64,000 bases of DNA from Macrostomum lignano (Eukaryota), in assembly GCA_002269645.1 (NCBI GenBank), contig NIVC01000059.1, forward strand, positions 558,001-622,000, in the 5' to 3' direction. The notes below the pieces were generated by a model. It ran no database searches. It was not told the DNA's origin and saw only the letters and a list, made by a program, of their open reading frames with translations. The position numbers and the translations under genes are program-made. Every line of letters begins with the position of its first letter. Positions within the stretch are counted from its first letter, which is position 1. Shown piece by piece: positions 1 to 12,651 of this stretch.

Positions 1-577
1 CTGTTTTAGTCCAGAAGATCTGTACTGGTGGAGTTTTCCTAGTCTAATTTACATTGCGGCCAGCAGTTCAAGCTCGGCAAGGATGGGGATCGAGGGGCAG
101 CCGGGGGGGAAGGAAGTTTGGCAGACTCTACCGAGTACAATTGTACGAATTGGGATAGATGGAGCACGAGTACTTGAGAAAGAGACGATTGGGAAAGGAG
201 GGCAGACAAGGCCACAGCCTATACTGTATGTGGCATGCAGTTCATCCGTGTACAAGCGTAGCCTAAAATGAATCTACATCCATTAAGTGCACACGCTCTG
301 CTGCTTTGCCTCTAAAAGCAGATCAGGCATGGTACGAGTAACAGTACTGAAAAATAATATCTGATTCTGGTAGCTTGCACGGCATTTCCTGTCTTTTAGA
401 ATCGCACAGCACTGCACATACCGAATAGAACAGCAATTTAGAAAAAAAATTACTATATTACGCTCGCATAAACTATCAAGAAATGCCCCGCTTCTAGAAG
501 CAAAATAGGAACGAATTCGTCTCCTTCGAGCCTATTCTTCTATTCGAAGAATTGTCAGGTCGCCTCTGCTTTTCAAC

Positions 578-3500
578 ATGGCCATTTTAAAAGATTCGGT
601 AAACTTAATTTTTGTCACGCTTTTTAGCATAGCAAATTTGACGAGTGGTCAAACAGTCAGTAGTGACAGCAGCGCAAACTCCTCGGCACTTTTAATCACC
701 TGTTATAGCTGTCAGAATTGTCCAACTGTTGATCATAATTCGACACCACAGGCTACAGGACGATACTGCGTTGTAAGTTTATTTGGAAAACTGTATGAGT
801 TTAAAGAAGTTGAAACTAGTTTTTTTATGTATTGTGTTGCTTCATTGGCTGAATAATAAATTACATATAGGAATTGGTACAGGCTTTAATTTGAATGTCT
901 TATCGAGTTAGTGCCAAACAGAATAAATGACTTCTCTGTGTAGACGCCAAATGTGACGAATCTGAATTAGAAACCCAATATGACGTCTAAAACACCCAAT
1001 GTGACGCTCTCAAGATCGACACCCAATGTAATGTCTCTCCAATCACCCAATGTGACGTCTCTCTAGTCACCCAATGTGACATCTCTCAAGACATCCAATG
1101 TGACGTCTCTCTAGTCACCCAATGTGACGTCTCTCAAGACACCCAATGTGACGTCTCTCCAGTCACCCAATGTGACGTCTCTCAAGACACCCAATGTGAC
1201 GTCTCTCAAGACACCCAATGTGACGTCTCTCTAGTCACCCAATGTGACATCTCTCAAGACACCCAATGTGACGTCTCTCCAGTCACCCAATGTGACGTCT
1301 CTCAAGACATCCAATGTGACGTCTCTCTAGTCACCCAATGTGACATCTCTCAAGACACCCAATGTGACGTCTCTCCAGTCACCCAATGTGACGTCTCTCA
1401 AGACACCCAATGTGACGTCTCTCTAGTCACCCAATGTGACATCTCTCAAGACATCCAATGTGACGTCTCTCTAGTCACCCAATGTGACGTCTCTCAAGAC
1501 ACCCAATGTGACGTCTCTCAAGACATTCAATGTGCTGTCTCAAGACACCCAATGTGACGTCTCTAAAGACACCCAATATGACATCTCTCAGACACCCTAT
1601 GTGACGTCGCTCCAGTCACCTAATTGGACGTCTCTCTAATCACACAGTGAGCTGTGGTGACTGCGTTTCGCTTTCTGTGCAGAGTGGGGGATGGGGGGGC
1701 TGTCTCTCTTTCTCTCTCTCTCTCGGATTGTACTCGCGCATGTGCATACTCTGGAGCGCGAGCACGCCAGAGGTAGCGGCTGATTGGTCAGCCTAGTCAG
1801 GCTGGAAAATAAACTGGTATTTATTGAGAGAGCTAGGCTTGGCCAGCTCTAAGAAGTTTTTTCTCTCTGCAAGCCACACAGACTTTGTTACAGTGGCGAC
1901 GAGGTGACTAATGGCCACGGGCCTACTGTGTAGCATCGGTCCATTTGAACCTGAAAATGAGGACTGGCTGCAGTACAAGGAAAGAGTGGAGCAAGTTTTC
2001 ATTGCAAGCGACATAGAGTCCGAAGACAAAAAGCGAGCTGTCTTCCTCAGTGTATGTGGAAAGGAGACATTCAAGCTGATTTGCAGCCTGCTGGCCCCGA
2101 GGAAGCCATCGGAGACGAGCTACGCAGACATTTGCCAAAAACTAAAGGAGCACTGGAAGCCGGAGCCTTCTGAAATTGTGCAGCGTTTTCATTTCTATCA
2201 GCGCGTGCGGGCCAGCACCGAGTCAGTGGCGGATTTCCTGGCCAGTTTGCGGCGTCTGGCCGTGGACTGCAAGTTCGGAAACAGCTTGGAGTCGATGCTC
2301 AGGGATCGGCTGGTGCTCGGCATCCAGGACGATCGGATCCAGCGCAGACTGCTGTCGGAGCCGGAGCTGGATCTCGAGAAGGCGCTGAAGATCGCTCAAG
2401 CGGTGAGCTGGCGGAAAAAGGCTGCACGGTCGTCAGGAGCTCACAGGAGGTGGCTGGCCCTGCGGCGGCTGCTTCAGTCGATCGAGTCGACCAGGCCAAG
2501 GCGACCGGATCTGGTCGAGCCCCACAGAAGTGTTTCCGGTGCTTGTCGACTCGACATCTGGTGGACAAGTGCCCGTTCATCAAGAAGGCATGCTTCAAGT
2601 GCGGCAAGCTCGGGCACACCGCAGCTGCTTGCCGTAGAGGCACCGGAGTATCGGGTGCGGACTCCAAGCCCCGCGTGGGCGCCGTGCAAGAAGCAGAAGA
2701 CGAGGACTGCAGCTCCCTTAACACCGTGCCCAGCGGTGCAGCCAAGGTGCCACCCTACTTGACCAAGGTACTGATCAACGGCGTGTCCTGCCAGATGGAG
2801 ATAGATACGGGCGCCGCGGTGTCGCTGATCTCAGCCAAAGTCTACCAGGATCTTCTCGGAGGTATCCCTAAGCTCGGTGGGACCACGATTCGGCTGCGGA
2901 ACTACGGCGGCCAACCTGTCAACGTGCTGGGACAGTTGAGCGTCACTGTGGAGATTCCAGGAAATGAAAAGAAACTGCTGCCTCTGGTGGTGGTCTCAGG
3001 AAGCGGCTCCAGCTTGATCGGACGGAACTGGCTGTCTGAACTAACCATGGACTGAAGAAGCATCAAGGAGCTGCGAGAGCGAGAACTGCCGGCTCAGGGC
3101 AATCAGCAGGTGGAGCAGCTGCTGCAAAAGTACAGCGCAGTATTTTTGGACGGACTCGGTTGCTACACAGGCGAACCGCTGAAATTGCGGACGAAACCAG
3201 GTGCACAGCCCAAATTTTTCAAAGCTCGGACGGTGCCGTTCGCTTTGAAGTCCAAGGTGGAGGAGCAGCTGGACCGGGAGATCGAGCAAGGCGTTCTGCA
3301 GCCTGTCTCTAACTCCGAGTACGCGTCTCCTATCGTGCCGGTGCTCAAGGCGGATGGATCCGTCAGAATCTGCGCGGATTTCAAGCGCACGGTGAACCAA
3401 GACGTTGTGCAGGACTCCTACCCGCTGCCCAGAATTGAAGAATTGTTCGCAAAGCTAACAGGAGGCCAGAAATTCACCAAGCTAGACCTCAGTCAGGCGT

Positions 3501-6500
3501 ATCAGCAACTGCCCCTGGACTCGGAATCACAGCGTCTGTGCACCATCAACACCTCCAGAGGGTTGCTCAGGTACACCAGGTTGCCGTTCGGCATCTCACC
3601 GGCAGTCGGCATGTTTCAGAGGACAATGGACGGCTTGCTTCAAGGAAGACCGCACACGGCGGCTTTTATCGACGATCTGCTGGTGACAGGAACTGATGAC
3701 GCGAAGCACCTGGAGAACCTGGAAGCCGTTTTGCAGCGCCTACAAGATGCTGGGCTGAAGTGCCGAGCTGACAAGTGCAGGTTCATGCAGGAGTCCGTGA
3801 GTTACCTGGGCCACCGAATCGACGCCGGCGGTCTCCACCCGCTGGAAAGCAAGGTCAGCGCGATCGTTGAGGCGCCAGCTCCCCAGGACGTCACCCAACT
3901 CCGCAGCTTCCTGGGCCTCATAAATTATTATGGACGATTCCTGCCGAACCTGTCCAGCTTGCTCGCTCCGCTGCACCGCCTATTGGACAAGGGCGCTGCC
4001 TGGCAATGGAACAGCCCGCAAGAGAGTGCGTTTCACCGCTGCAAGGAGCTCCTGCTGAGCTCTCAGACGCTAGTGCATTTCGACCCCGGTAAAGAGGTCA
4101 TCCTGGAGTGCGACAGCTCGCCCTACGGTCTCGGCGCAGTCATCTGCCACCTAATAGATGGCGTGGAGCGGCCCATCGCGTTTGCGTCCCGCACTCTGGC
4201 CGATGCGGAGAAGAACTACTCCCAGACGGAGAAGGAGGCCTTGGCAGTTGTTTTCGGCGTCAAGCGATTCCACACCTATCTGTACGGCCGGAACTTCCAG
4301 CTGAAGAGTGACCACAAGCCGCTTCTAGGACTGCTTCACGAGAACAAGGCCATTCCGCCACTAGCATCTGCCAGGATTCAGCGCTGGGCTCTGCTGCTGT
4401 CCAGCTACTCCTATCGACTGCAATACCGCAAGGGCGCCACCCTGCTGCGGGCGGATGCACTGAGCCGGTTGCCGCTGCCGTCCAAGCCAGCGGAGGCGCC
4501 GGCGCCGGCTGAGGTGGTACTGCTGATCGACTCATTCAACGAGGGCCCAGTGACTGCGGCTCAAGTTCGCTGCTGGACACGGCGAGACCTGCTACTCGGT
4601 CGAGTGTTCAGGTTCGTGCAAGAAGGCTGGCCGGAGGATCGGCGAGGGAGCAAAGATCTGCGGCCGTTTGCGTCTCGAGCTGCGGAACTCAGCGTGGAGG
4701 ACGGCTGCCTGCTGTGGGGCACCAGAGTGGTGGTGCCGGTTCAGGGACGCCTGGCGTTGCTCGAGTGTCTGCACCAAAGTCACCTAGGAGCGTTCAAGCT
4801 GAAGTCGCTGGCCAGGAACTATTTTTGGTGGCCGGGAATGGACGGAGACATCGAGCGGCTCTCGCAGCACTGCCGGCAGTGCAAACTGCATCAGCACAGC
4901 CCACCTCCAGCGCCGCTGCAGCCCTGGCCCTGGCCTGACAGACCGTGGTCAAGGGTCCATATGGATTACGCTGGACCGTTCGAAGGCAAGATGCTGCTGA
5001 TTCTGGTCGACGCGCATTCCAAGTGGATCGAGGTGCACATCTGCCAGTCCGCGACCAGCTCCGCTACAATCGATCGGCTCCGGCGGACTTTCAGCCAGCT
5101 GGGCCTGCCGGAGGTCGTGGTGACGGACAACGGGCCCAACTTCGTGAGTCAAGAGATGGAGAGCTTCATGAGCAGCAATGGCATCCGGCATGTCAAGGTG
5201 TCGCCCTATCATCCGGCGTCCAACGGCCTGGCGGAACGCGCGGTACAAACGGTGAAGGCGGCTCTGGCAAAGGGACAGCCGGCGGCTCTGCAGACTCGGC
5301 TCGCTCGGTTCCTGCTGACCTACCGGGTGACTCCGCACAGCACGACTGGCGTTCCGCCGAGCCAGCTGATGATAGGCCGGCCTCTGCGAACACTGCTGGA
5401 TCTGGTACGTCCGGACGTCTCGGCTGCGGTCACGCGACGACAGGAGGCACAGAAGCTACAACACGACAGGCGCGCCAGAGCGAGGTCCTTCGAGGAAGGC
5501 GACGACGTCGTAGTGCGGGATTTCACGGGTCAGCAGAAGTGGCTGCCGGCCAGCATCAGCCGACAAACAGCACCTTTGTCCTACGAGTGCCGGCTGCCTG
5601 ATGATCGCATTGTACGCCGCCACGCCGACCATGTAGCCTCTGCAGGCGTCGAACCGCTGACCTCAGGAAGCACGGAACTGACAATTAATGACGAGCTGCG
5701 CTACGAATCGGCTGAGGCAGAAGTTCCGCCGCTGCTGCCGCCCACGCCGCCGCCGCCCACACAGCCACCGACCGCGCCGCCGCCGCCCACGCAGCCGCCG
5801 CTTCCTCCGACTCCTCAGGCGCGGCGTTCGCAGAGGAACCGAAAATGCCCGGACAGGTTGACGTACAAGTGAACGTTTTTTTTGTTTTTTCCCTGACAGA
5901 CCTTTTTTGTTTACAGCTTTGGGTGGTGTTCGATTTTTTTCGTTTCTGTTATTGTTGTCGTGGTGCTGGGAAGTATTTTCTTTTCTCTTTTTTTGTTTCT
6001 TTTTTGTTGCTGTTTTTTTTCTTTTTTTCATCTACGTGTGGAGGGATGTGGTGACTGCGTTTCGCTTTCTGTGCAGAGTGGGGGATGGGGGGGCTGTCTC
6101 TCTCTCTCTCTCTCGGATTGTACTCGCGCATGTGCATACTCTGGAGCGCGAGCACGCCAGAGGTAGCGGCTGATTGGTCAGCCTAGTCAGGCTGGAAAAT
6201 AAACTGGTATTTATTGAGAGAGCTAGGCTTGGCCAGCTCTAAGAAGTTTTTTCTCTCTGCAAGCCACACAGACTTTGTTACATGAGCCATATCTCGAGTA
6301 AACCCAATGTAACGTCTCTTAAGGCACCCATATCATGACTTTTAAGTCCCAACAGGTGTAATGTATCCTACAGGTATCCTATAAGATGAATTCATTTATT
6401 TTAGATACATTTATGTCCATGTAGTAAGAAATGTACTCACTTATCCTACTTATGTACTTAAACCTACATGCAATTAAATTCTCAACATAAATCCAGAAAC

Positions 6501-6724
6501 GAGTGTCCAAAACCGGGGACATCATCAGACTGGCCATCAACGGTGTCTGCTATGAGAACGACTCCACATTCTGCTGTCAGGAGAGTCTCTGCAACAGTTC
6601 GTCGCCCAAAGTCTTGTCTAGTTACCATGGTAACTGTTCCTGCAAGCTGAGGCGCTTCTTGTGGAATTTTACCGGAGTTTTGCCGCTTTCGTTGGTGTAT
6701 TTTATTAAGCAGTGTGAACTCTAA
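578..6724 (+). CDS. Ly6/uPAR (three-finger, CD59-like) GPI-anchored surface protein, 2 exons, ~140 aa
   Basis: Exon 1 578-772: hydrophobic signal peptide and TCYSCQNC...YCV, donor GTAAGT at 773. Exon 2 6497-6724: after ATCCAG acceptor, in frame (phase 0), KRVSKTGDIIRLAINGVCYENDSTFCCQESLCN (CCxxxxCN Ly6 terminus) then a hydrophobic GPI-signal-like tail. The intron carries a minisatellite and an LTR element. Confidence 0.8.
970..1640. repeat. ~24-bp minisatellite (CACCCAATGTGACGTCTCTCAAGA / ...CTAGT variants) in Ly6 intron
   Basis: Direct tandem copies are visible. A degenerate copy continues after the LTR element (~6300-6330), so the retrotransposon inserted into the array's end. Confidence 0.9.
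1653..1892 (+). repeat. 5' LTR (240 bp)
   Basis: Matches 6047-6282 on visual comparison except for a 4-nt length difference in the (TC)n tract. Contains AATAAA at 1808-1813. Confidence 0.95.
1894..1904 (+). promoter_or_regulatory. Primer-binding site, complementary to the 3' end of tRNA-Ser(GCU)-type tRNA
   Basis: TGGCGACGAGG starts 1 nt after the 5' LTR and is the reverse complement of CCTCGTCGCCA. Confidence 0.75.
1911..5872 (+). pseudogene. gag-pol polyprotein of the LTR element, interrupted by a 1-bp deletion (~2404) and an in-frame TGA (3053-3055)
   Basis: Gag N-terminus in ORF 1911. Zinc knuckles CFRCLSTRHLVDKC and CFKCGKLGHTAAAC plus protease IDTGA lie in the -1 frame (ORF 2450). RT (FIDDLL), RNaseH (CDSSPYGLG, DHKPL) and integrase (HxxH/CxxC, DYAG, DNGP, ER) lie in ORF 3110, the same frame as ORF 2450. 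Confidence 0.9.
6047..6282 (+). repeat. 3' LTR (236 bp)
   Basis: Preceded by a short purine tract GGAGGGA (6040-6046) and followed by the TSD TGAGC. Confidence 0.95.
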
Positions 6725-9223
6725 TTTTAATTCATTTTTAAGTATGAATTTTTAAGTGTTTCAGTTTACGCGTATTTTTTAAATTTCATTCAATGCTCAG
6801 CTAATGTTTATCTGCTGCATAAAAAACTTCCAAATGCAATATACGCGCTCCGTACTACCACTTTCGTAATACTATGGGAAATTACTTTGGTACTTTGGCT
6901 GCAGGGGAGCGCCAGGAATTGGGCTGAGTTTGTCCCGACTAAATGTGGGGCCATCAGTAGCAGGTGAAGTGTGCTCCGCATTCTCAACACCAGAGAGGCA
7001 GAATGGACAGCATTTCTCACTGCGGATTTCCCCTGAATAGGGTACAGGTAGAGCGATGACTTAATAGAGGGGCATGGTGGTGACCGCCCTTAGATGTCTT
7101 GCGTTTGAGACCAAGCAGGGCCCTACGAGACCATGGAGATCGGGACTGGGGATAGACGTGCAGGACTGGCCGGAACTCCCAGTTGGGGGAAGGGAAGGGG
7201 CTCTGGGAAGTCTACCCGAATATACGCGACATGCAGCAGATTAATCTGGCTGATTTATAATCTCCCGCTGCGTTTTAATAGATGCATATATTGGCCTCTC
7301 CAAATAGCTGCATAAGAATGCTATTTATATATTTCGTCGTACTATGATGAGCAGATCTCCGAAGAATAACTTGTCCTGAAATTGATGTACAGTATTATGT
7401 ATAGACCTCTCTCACTATAAATAATTTAATTTTTACTTCTACATTAAAATGTCTTTACCAATACACCATTTAGTAGGTTCAATCTGTAGTACGTTAAAGT
7501 ACAGTGTAATAGATCATGTGAAATTTAAATTTCAATTGTGCTAGTAGCCATGCATATGTGCAATATCATGCATCTTTGTGATTGACATGGAATTTCTCGA
7601 TTATTAATCTTCAATATACACGTTATAAAGTAGCTATAACTGTAGTAGTTTAAGCACACGGATGCATCTGTCACAATCCACGAATTTGTACAGCATTCAA
7701 AGCATGTATAGGAGCTAATTATTCATGAGGAGATACACGGATGCCTGCAGAGAGATAGGACATAGACAAAAGCGAAACTTAAAGGAAACGAGAGAGTGCA
7801 TGGCTTTGGCAAACAGTCAATGAGAGAATTGATAGTAGTACGAGTACATTAATGCGTTGATAAGTGGTTTGTGTGTGCATTCTCTCAATGCACAACACAT
7901 ACAGTGTACATGTGTATTACAAGGGAATGTGATATTATTGCACCTTTCTTATACAGAGAGTAGCTCTATTGATATTCTTAAAAGCTCTTCGTTTAGAAAA
8001 TTAGTGTTCTATATTATACATGATCGTGTACAAGTGGTCGTAAACTAAAATAAAAAAATTGTTATTCAATGATAAAAGTTATATATAGTTATAAATTAAT
8101 TGCTTAGGATATTATCCGTAATCAGTAATATCGGTATCATAATCAGTAACAAGGTACTAAACATAGAAAGAGCAGAAAATGAAAGATAAAAAGAATACTT
8201 AGTATGTGTATCGCAAACGTGAGGATGTACGAGCTACATATACATGTATGTTACACGTAATAACAATTCCTTTTTCGAGCAAATATTACATTGCGTAATA
8301 TTAATAGACTATGATAAGTCCCACATTTGAGTTGCCAGCCGTCTAGTAGGGGGCTTTTTATATTGCTTGTTCTGGTTCGAGAACCAGATCCAAGTTTTAC
8401 ATTAAAAACTTTGTCTCCTAATCTAACATGTATAGATCAGGGATACTAATGTACTGTACATGCTATAAAGTTAATTATTACATGGCAGTAAACCAAGGAA
8501 AAAGTAAAAAAATGTGCAAATTGAGGCTGCTAGCAGTCAAAAATAAAAAAGTTAAATTGTTTCACAGAAGATCGGGTTCGATCAGATTTTGTGTCGTGAA
8601 AAGCTGCCTAGGAGATGTAGAGGCTCGAATTTCATTAAAAGGAATTTTTATTAGCTTTTTGATTTAATGTTTTAAAGATTGTGACTAGATTAAATATCAA
8701 ATGTACTCGTAAATAAACGATTTGATGTAAGGCAATTTTTTAAAATCATTATTTTGTTTAATTTAACTAAACAGAAAATAATATAAAATTTGCTTATCTA
8801 GGAAATTGAATTAAAGTTTATAATAAATTACGCGTTCTTTCTGTCGATCTTACTAGCGGAAAAAGGTTTGTTAGAAAATTTTATAGTTGGTTAAATCATG
8901 TGTAGTAAAAATATTTGCTCCAGTATCCAAATTTTAACAACATTAGCTACACACTAACACGATTTCTTCTTAAAAAGTACACTTGATTTGCTATTATTCC
9001 CGACCCGAAGCCCGAAGGTATTGCAGCTTGGTATCAACCGGGAATTATTTTAGAAGACAGAACTAATACCTCTGTTGTATTTGTTTCAAATTTAGTGTCA
9101 AAATAATTTAACGTGGGAAACTTAGGATTATGCCAATAATCCTACTTATCTCAGGCCGTAGCCGTACTACTTATGTAGGCCTACCTTTTTGCATGTATTT
9201 CTACTAGGCCTAGTAGCGTATTT

Positions 9224-10262
9224 TTACATTACATTACATTACATTACAACAATGCTAGGGTCGGGAGGCGCTAGCGCGCACACGATTGCGGAAAAGAGGG
9301 GCAGGGCAGGTCGCAGCAGTCTGGGGGGTCAGTCCAATTGCCTCTAGGTTGGCAACAAGTGTCTCTCAGAGCATCTGGGTCCACCCTTGGCTGCAGTGGA
9401 ACCATTTGGCATTTGGTTGGTGGGTGCAGAATGGCCAGTCCAAGCAGGTTGTTGTTGCCATGTGCAAACTGCCACAAGCAGTGTCCCAGCAGGGCCTAGT
9501 GATGCCAGCGGAGGGTGGTGCTAAGGGATGGCAATTTTGATCTTGCCATCAGCTAGGCCATCAGGAGGACGGTTGGGTAGTGCACACCCAGTGCCTTGCG
9601 CAGCGCCAGGGCCTGCTCTTGCGTGGTTGTTATCAGGATAGCCTCTATGCCATAGAGAAAGATTGGCTCGATGGTGGCATAGAACAGGTAGATCCTCAAG
9701 TCATCCTACGCTCTAGAGATGAAGATTGGCCTGAGGTGGTGCATAGTGCATAGCACGCCAGGCCTGGGTCTTCCTGTCCACAATGATTGCTTCTGGGCTT
9801 ATCACAAGGGTGCCTAGGTACTAGAGGTTGCTGCACTTTGAGATGGCCTTGCCATTGGGCAGGGTCAGCAATAGGGCATTGTCAACACCCACATGTAGCA
9901 TCTGTCTTGCCTGCATTAATCTGCAGGCTGATCCAAGTGCCTTCCTCAGAGAGTCAAGTAAGAGCGTGCTGGGCTGCAACAAGGTCTTGCCACAGTAGCA
10001 TGATGTCATCAGCGTAGGCAAGGGCTGGAAGCATCATGACAGTGTGGCGGGAGCTATGCTTAGGCACGAGGACAAAGCTGTCATTGTCTTGAAGGCAGCG
10101 GCGTAGGATGTAGTCAACAGCCAGAATGAAAAGCAAGGGAGATAGTGGGTCCCCTTGCAGCACCCTAGAAGTGGTATCAAACTTGTCTGTAGGGCCATCG
10201 CTGGAGGCAACAAATGCCTTGGAGTTGTGGTACAGGTCTATAACTGCCATTACCAGGTTGTT
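9224..10262 (-). mobile_element. 5'-truncated, degenerate non-LTR retrotransposon (RTE-like LINE) with (TGTAA)5 tail
   Basis: Minus ORF 10250-9954 has RT motifs VLQGDPLSPLLF and LAYADD. (TTACA)5 at 9224-9248 forms a microsatellite 3' tail on the minus strand. The clade assignment is inference. Confidence 0.75.
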
Positions 10263-10489
10263 GGGGTGTCATGTAATTTAAAATATACTACTACCCTATC
10301 ATTGATCTGGCTTGGGGAGGGCATTATAAATATATATAAATATATAAATATATATAAATATATAAATATATAGCAACACAGAGAGTAGCACAGACAAAAA
10401 GAGATCTAGCTAGACTTTGCGCGAACACATTCACAGAACAACTGAGAGGGGCAAGTCATGGCAGGGGGGGGGGTTCACAAACTCAAATT

Positions 10490-10872
10490 TTCACAACGTT
10501 GAAAGCACCTTCTTTTATAAGGTCAAAATTTCACAATGTAGAAAACTCAAATAACAGCCACTTTCACAAGGTTGAAACTTCACAAGGTCAAAATTTCATA
10601 ACATCAAAAACTTTAGCAAGGGACTTCATAAGGTCAAAATTTCACAAGGTCAAAATTTCATAACATCAAAAACTCCAATAGCAGCCAGTTTCACAAGGTC
10701 AAAACTTTACAAAGTCAAAATTTTGCAATATCAAAAACTCTAGTAAGAGACTCCATAAGGTCGAAATTTCACAACGTAGAAAACTATTTGCATAGTTTTT
10801 GACGTTGTGAATTTTTGAGCTTATATGAAGTTTTGACCTTGTAAATATGGCTGCTATTTAAGTTTTCAATGT
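10490..10872. repeat. Foldback-like remnant with TTCACAAGGTCAAAATTT subrepeats and a central hairpin
   Basis: TTCACAACGT...AAAACTAT-TTGC-ATAGTTTT...ACGTTGTGAA at ~10768-10811. The right arm (to ~10872) is an imperfect inverted copy of ~10665-10730. Confidence 0.6.
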
Positions 10873-11185
10873 CTTGGATGCCTTGAGCACCTCAGTCTTG
10901 GATGCATTGAACACCAAGCCAACTCAGGTGCCCTCTTCATAGAGTCTAGACAGAGCCCATTGTGCAGTAGCCAGATCACAACATAGAAGGGCAATGTTGT
11001 CAGCATAGGCAAGAGCAGGCAGCAAGATGGTGGGATGTTGGGAGCTTCGGTGTGAGACCAGCACATAGCCATCATCTTCATGCAGGCATTGGCAAAAAAC
11101 ATAGTCTACCATAACAATGAAGAGTAGTGGAACCAGCGTGTTACCCTGAAGGATACCAGAATTGTGCTGAATTCTTCAGTGGGGC
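10873..11185 (-). mobile_element. Second RT fragment of the same LINE family
   Basis: Frameshifted DGPTEEFST / GILQGNTLVPLLF, then VDYV...LLPALAYADNIALL, homologous to the 9954-10250 peptide. Confidence 0.75.
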
Positions 11186-12651
11186 CATCACTTGACTGAA
11201 CAAATGCTCTTAAATTACTGTGAATTGCTCTTGAATTAATTTTAATTACTGGTAACGCATGTGTTATCTACTAGTAGCATATGTAATTATTTATTGGTAA
11301 GCGCATGGGTTTTTCTACTAGTAATGTATATAATTATTTACTGGCCTAAGTGGTCCTATGGCATTGTCTACTCTATTATCCCTTATTCTATTCTTCTAAG
11401 GGGTTTTCTCTCAGTCCTGTGCATTCCTGGGATCAAAGGGTCACAGGCTCATAGCTTACTTGCTAGGTGTTTTACCCTGAGGTAGGTTTCTTAGACTCTA
11501 AGTCTGGATTCTCTTAGACTCTCTTAGATTCTGAACTCTTAGATTCTAAATCTAAGATTCTAAATCTAAGAGTTCTTGTTCTCTAAAAATGGGTCAAATC
11601 CTCCCAATTTGGGGCTCTTTCTAAGTTGCTATCTTTTACTCAAAAGAAGTAATGCAAGAGAGAATACTATCCCTGAGGCTGATTGAATTTTGTCTCCAAA
11701 TAGAACAACTGGAGAGATGCTTAGCATGCTTAAAAGAACTGCAATTTATAAGAACAGTTATTGTTAAATAGTTTATTTGGTTAGTCTCTCAGTTGGTTCC
11801 TATTTGTAGTAAAAATTTTCTTACCATTTTAAACAAAACAACATATACAAAATATATAAAATATTTCTAATATTTATATGATATAACAAAATAGTAGAGT
11901 TTTAAAATTATACATTTCTAAGAAATGCTTTGATCTACTGAAAACAAAGCCTATTACAATTGCTACCATTAAAGTTGTTATAGTGGTCTTTGTTCTCTTT
12001 AAATAATCTAAAAAAGCTGCCAACAAGTTGTACTATAATTAACTTCTAAGCATAGATCTAAGAATAAGGTCTAAGTATAATTCTATTCTATGCATGATAC
12101 TAAGTAAGTATATATTAGAATATAAATCTAGACCAAGTTTAGGTATTTTATTTTTTCTGGCTGGTAATGTTCGTGGAATGTATCAAATTGTCTATTTTTG
12201 GCCTACATGGCCTACATTTTCTACATGTATTTTTCAAAATGACTTCTTGTAAATCTCTTAGTAGTTATCTAAATATTAGATTACCTAGTCCTTAGGTATT
12301 ATTAAGATTAGAGGGTTACTGCCTTCATAATACTTTATATATATTCAAGGATCTACTTTATTTTACTTCAATCTCCTAGTACTCTATGTAGGCCTATCAG
12401 TAGTATCTATAGTATGATTTGCTTCTACTTTACTCTTGAAAAAACTTACTTAGTCTTTGATAAGACTTCCAAGTTTCTTAGTCTTTGAAAACTGTTAAAG
12501 GAACATTCTAGCAGCTATTATAGCCAATATCAAGAATTTTAATGCCTTCCTTTGATATTCTTGCTAAATGTTGCTGGCTAGTCGCAAATTGAAACCATAG
12601 CAAGCAAGTTAAAAGAAGTTACAGTAAATTTAATAGTTATGGATACAGATA

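Larger units (their letters stand above)
1653..6282 (+). mobile_element. Full-length Ty3/Gypsy LTR retrotransposon, Mag-like clade
   Basis: TG...CA LTRs at 1653-1892 and 6047-6282, 5-bp TSD TGAGC (1648-1652 and 6283-6287), PBS TGGCGACGAGG, gag with two CCHC knuckles, and PR-RT-RNaseH-IN domain order. Confidence 0.96.

Noticed and set aside
2395-2450. Programmed -1 ribosomal frameshift in gag
   Set aside because: No X XXY YYZ slippery heptamer at the switch point, and the shift falls before the nucleocapsid knuckles; a 1-bp deletion explains it better.
8990-9050. Small GC-rich stem-loop (TTCCCG...CGGGAA) as a possible ncRNA
   Set aside because: Only a 6-bp closing stem, with no recognisable tRNA, snRNA or SL features and no second copy in the window.
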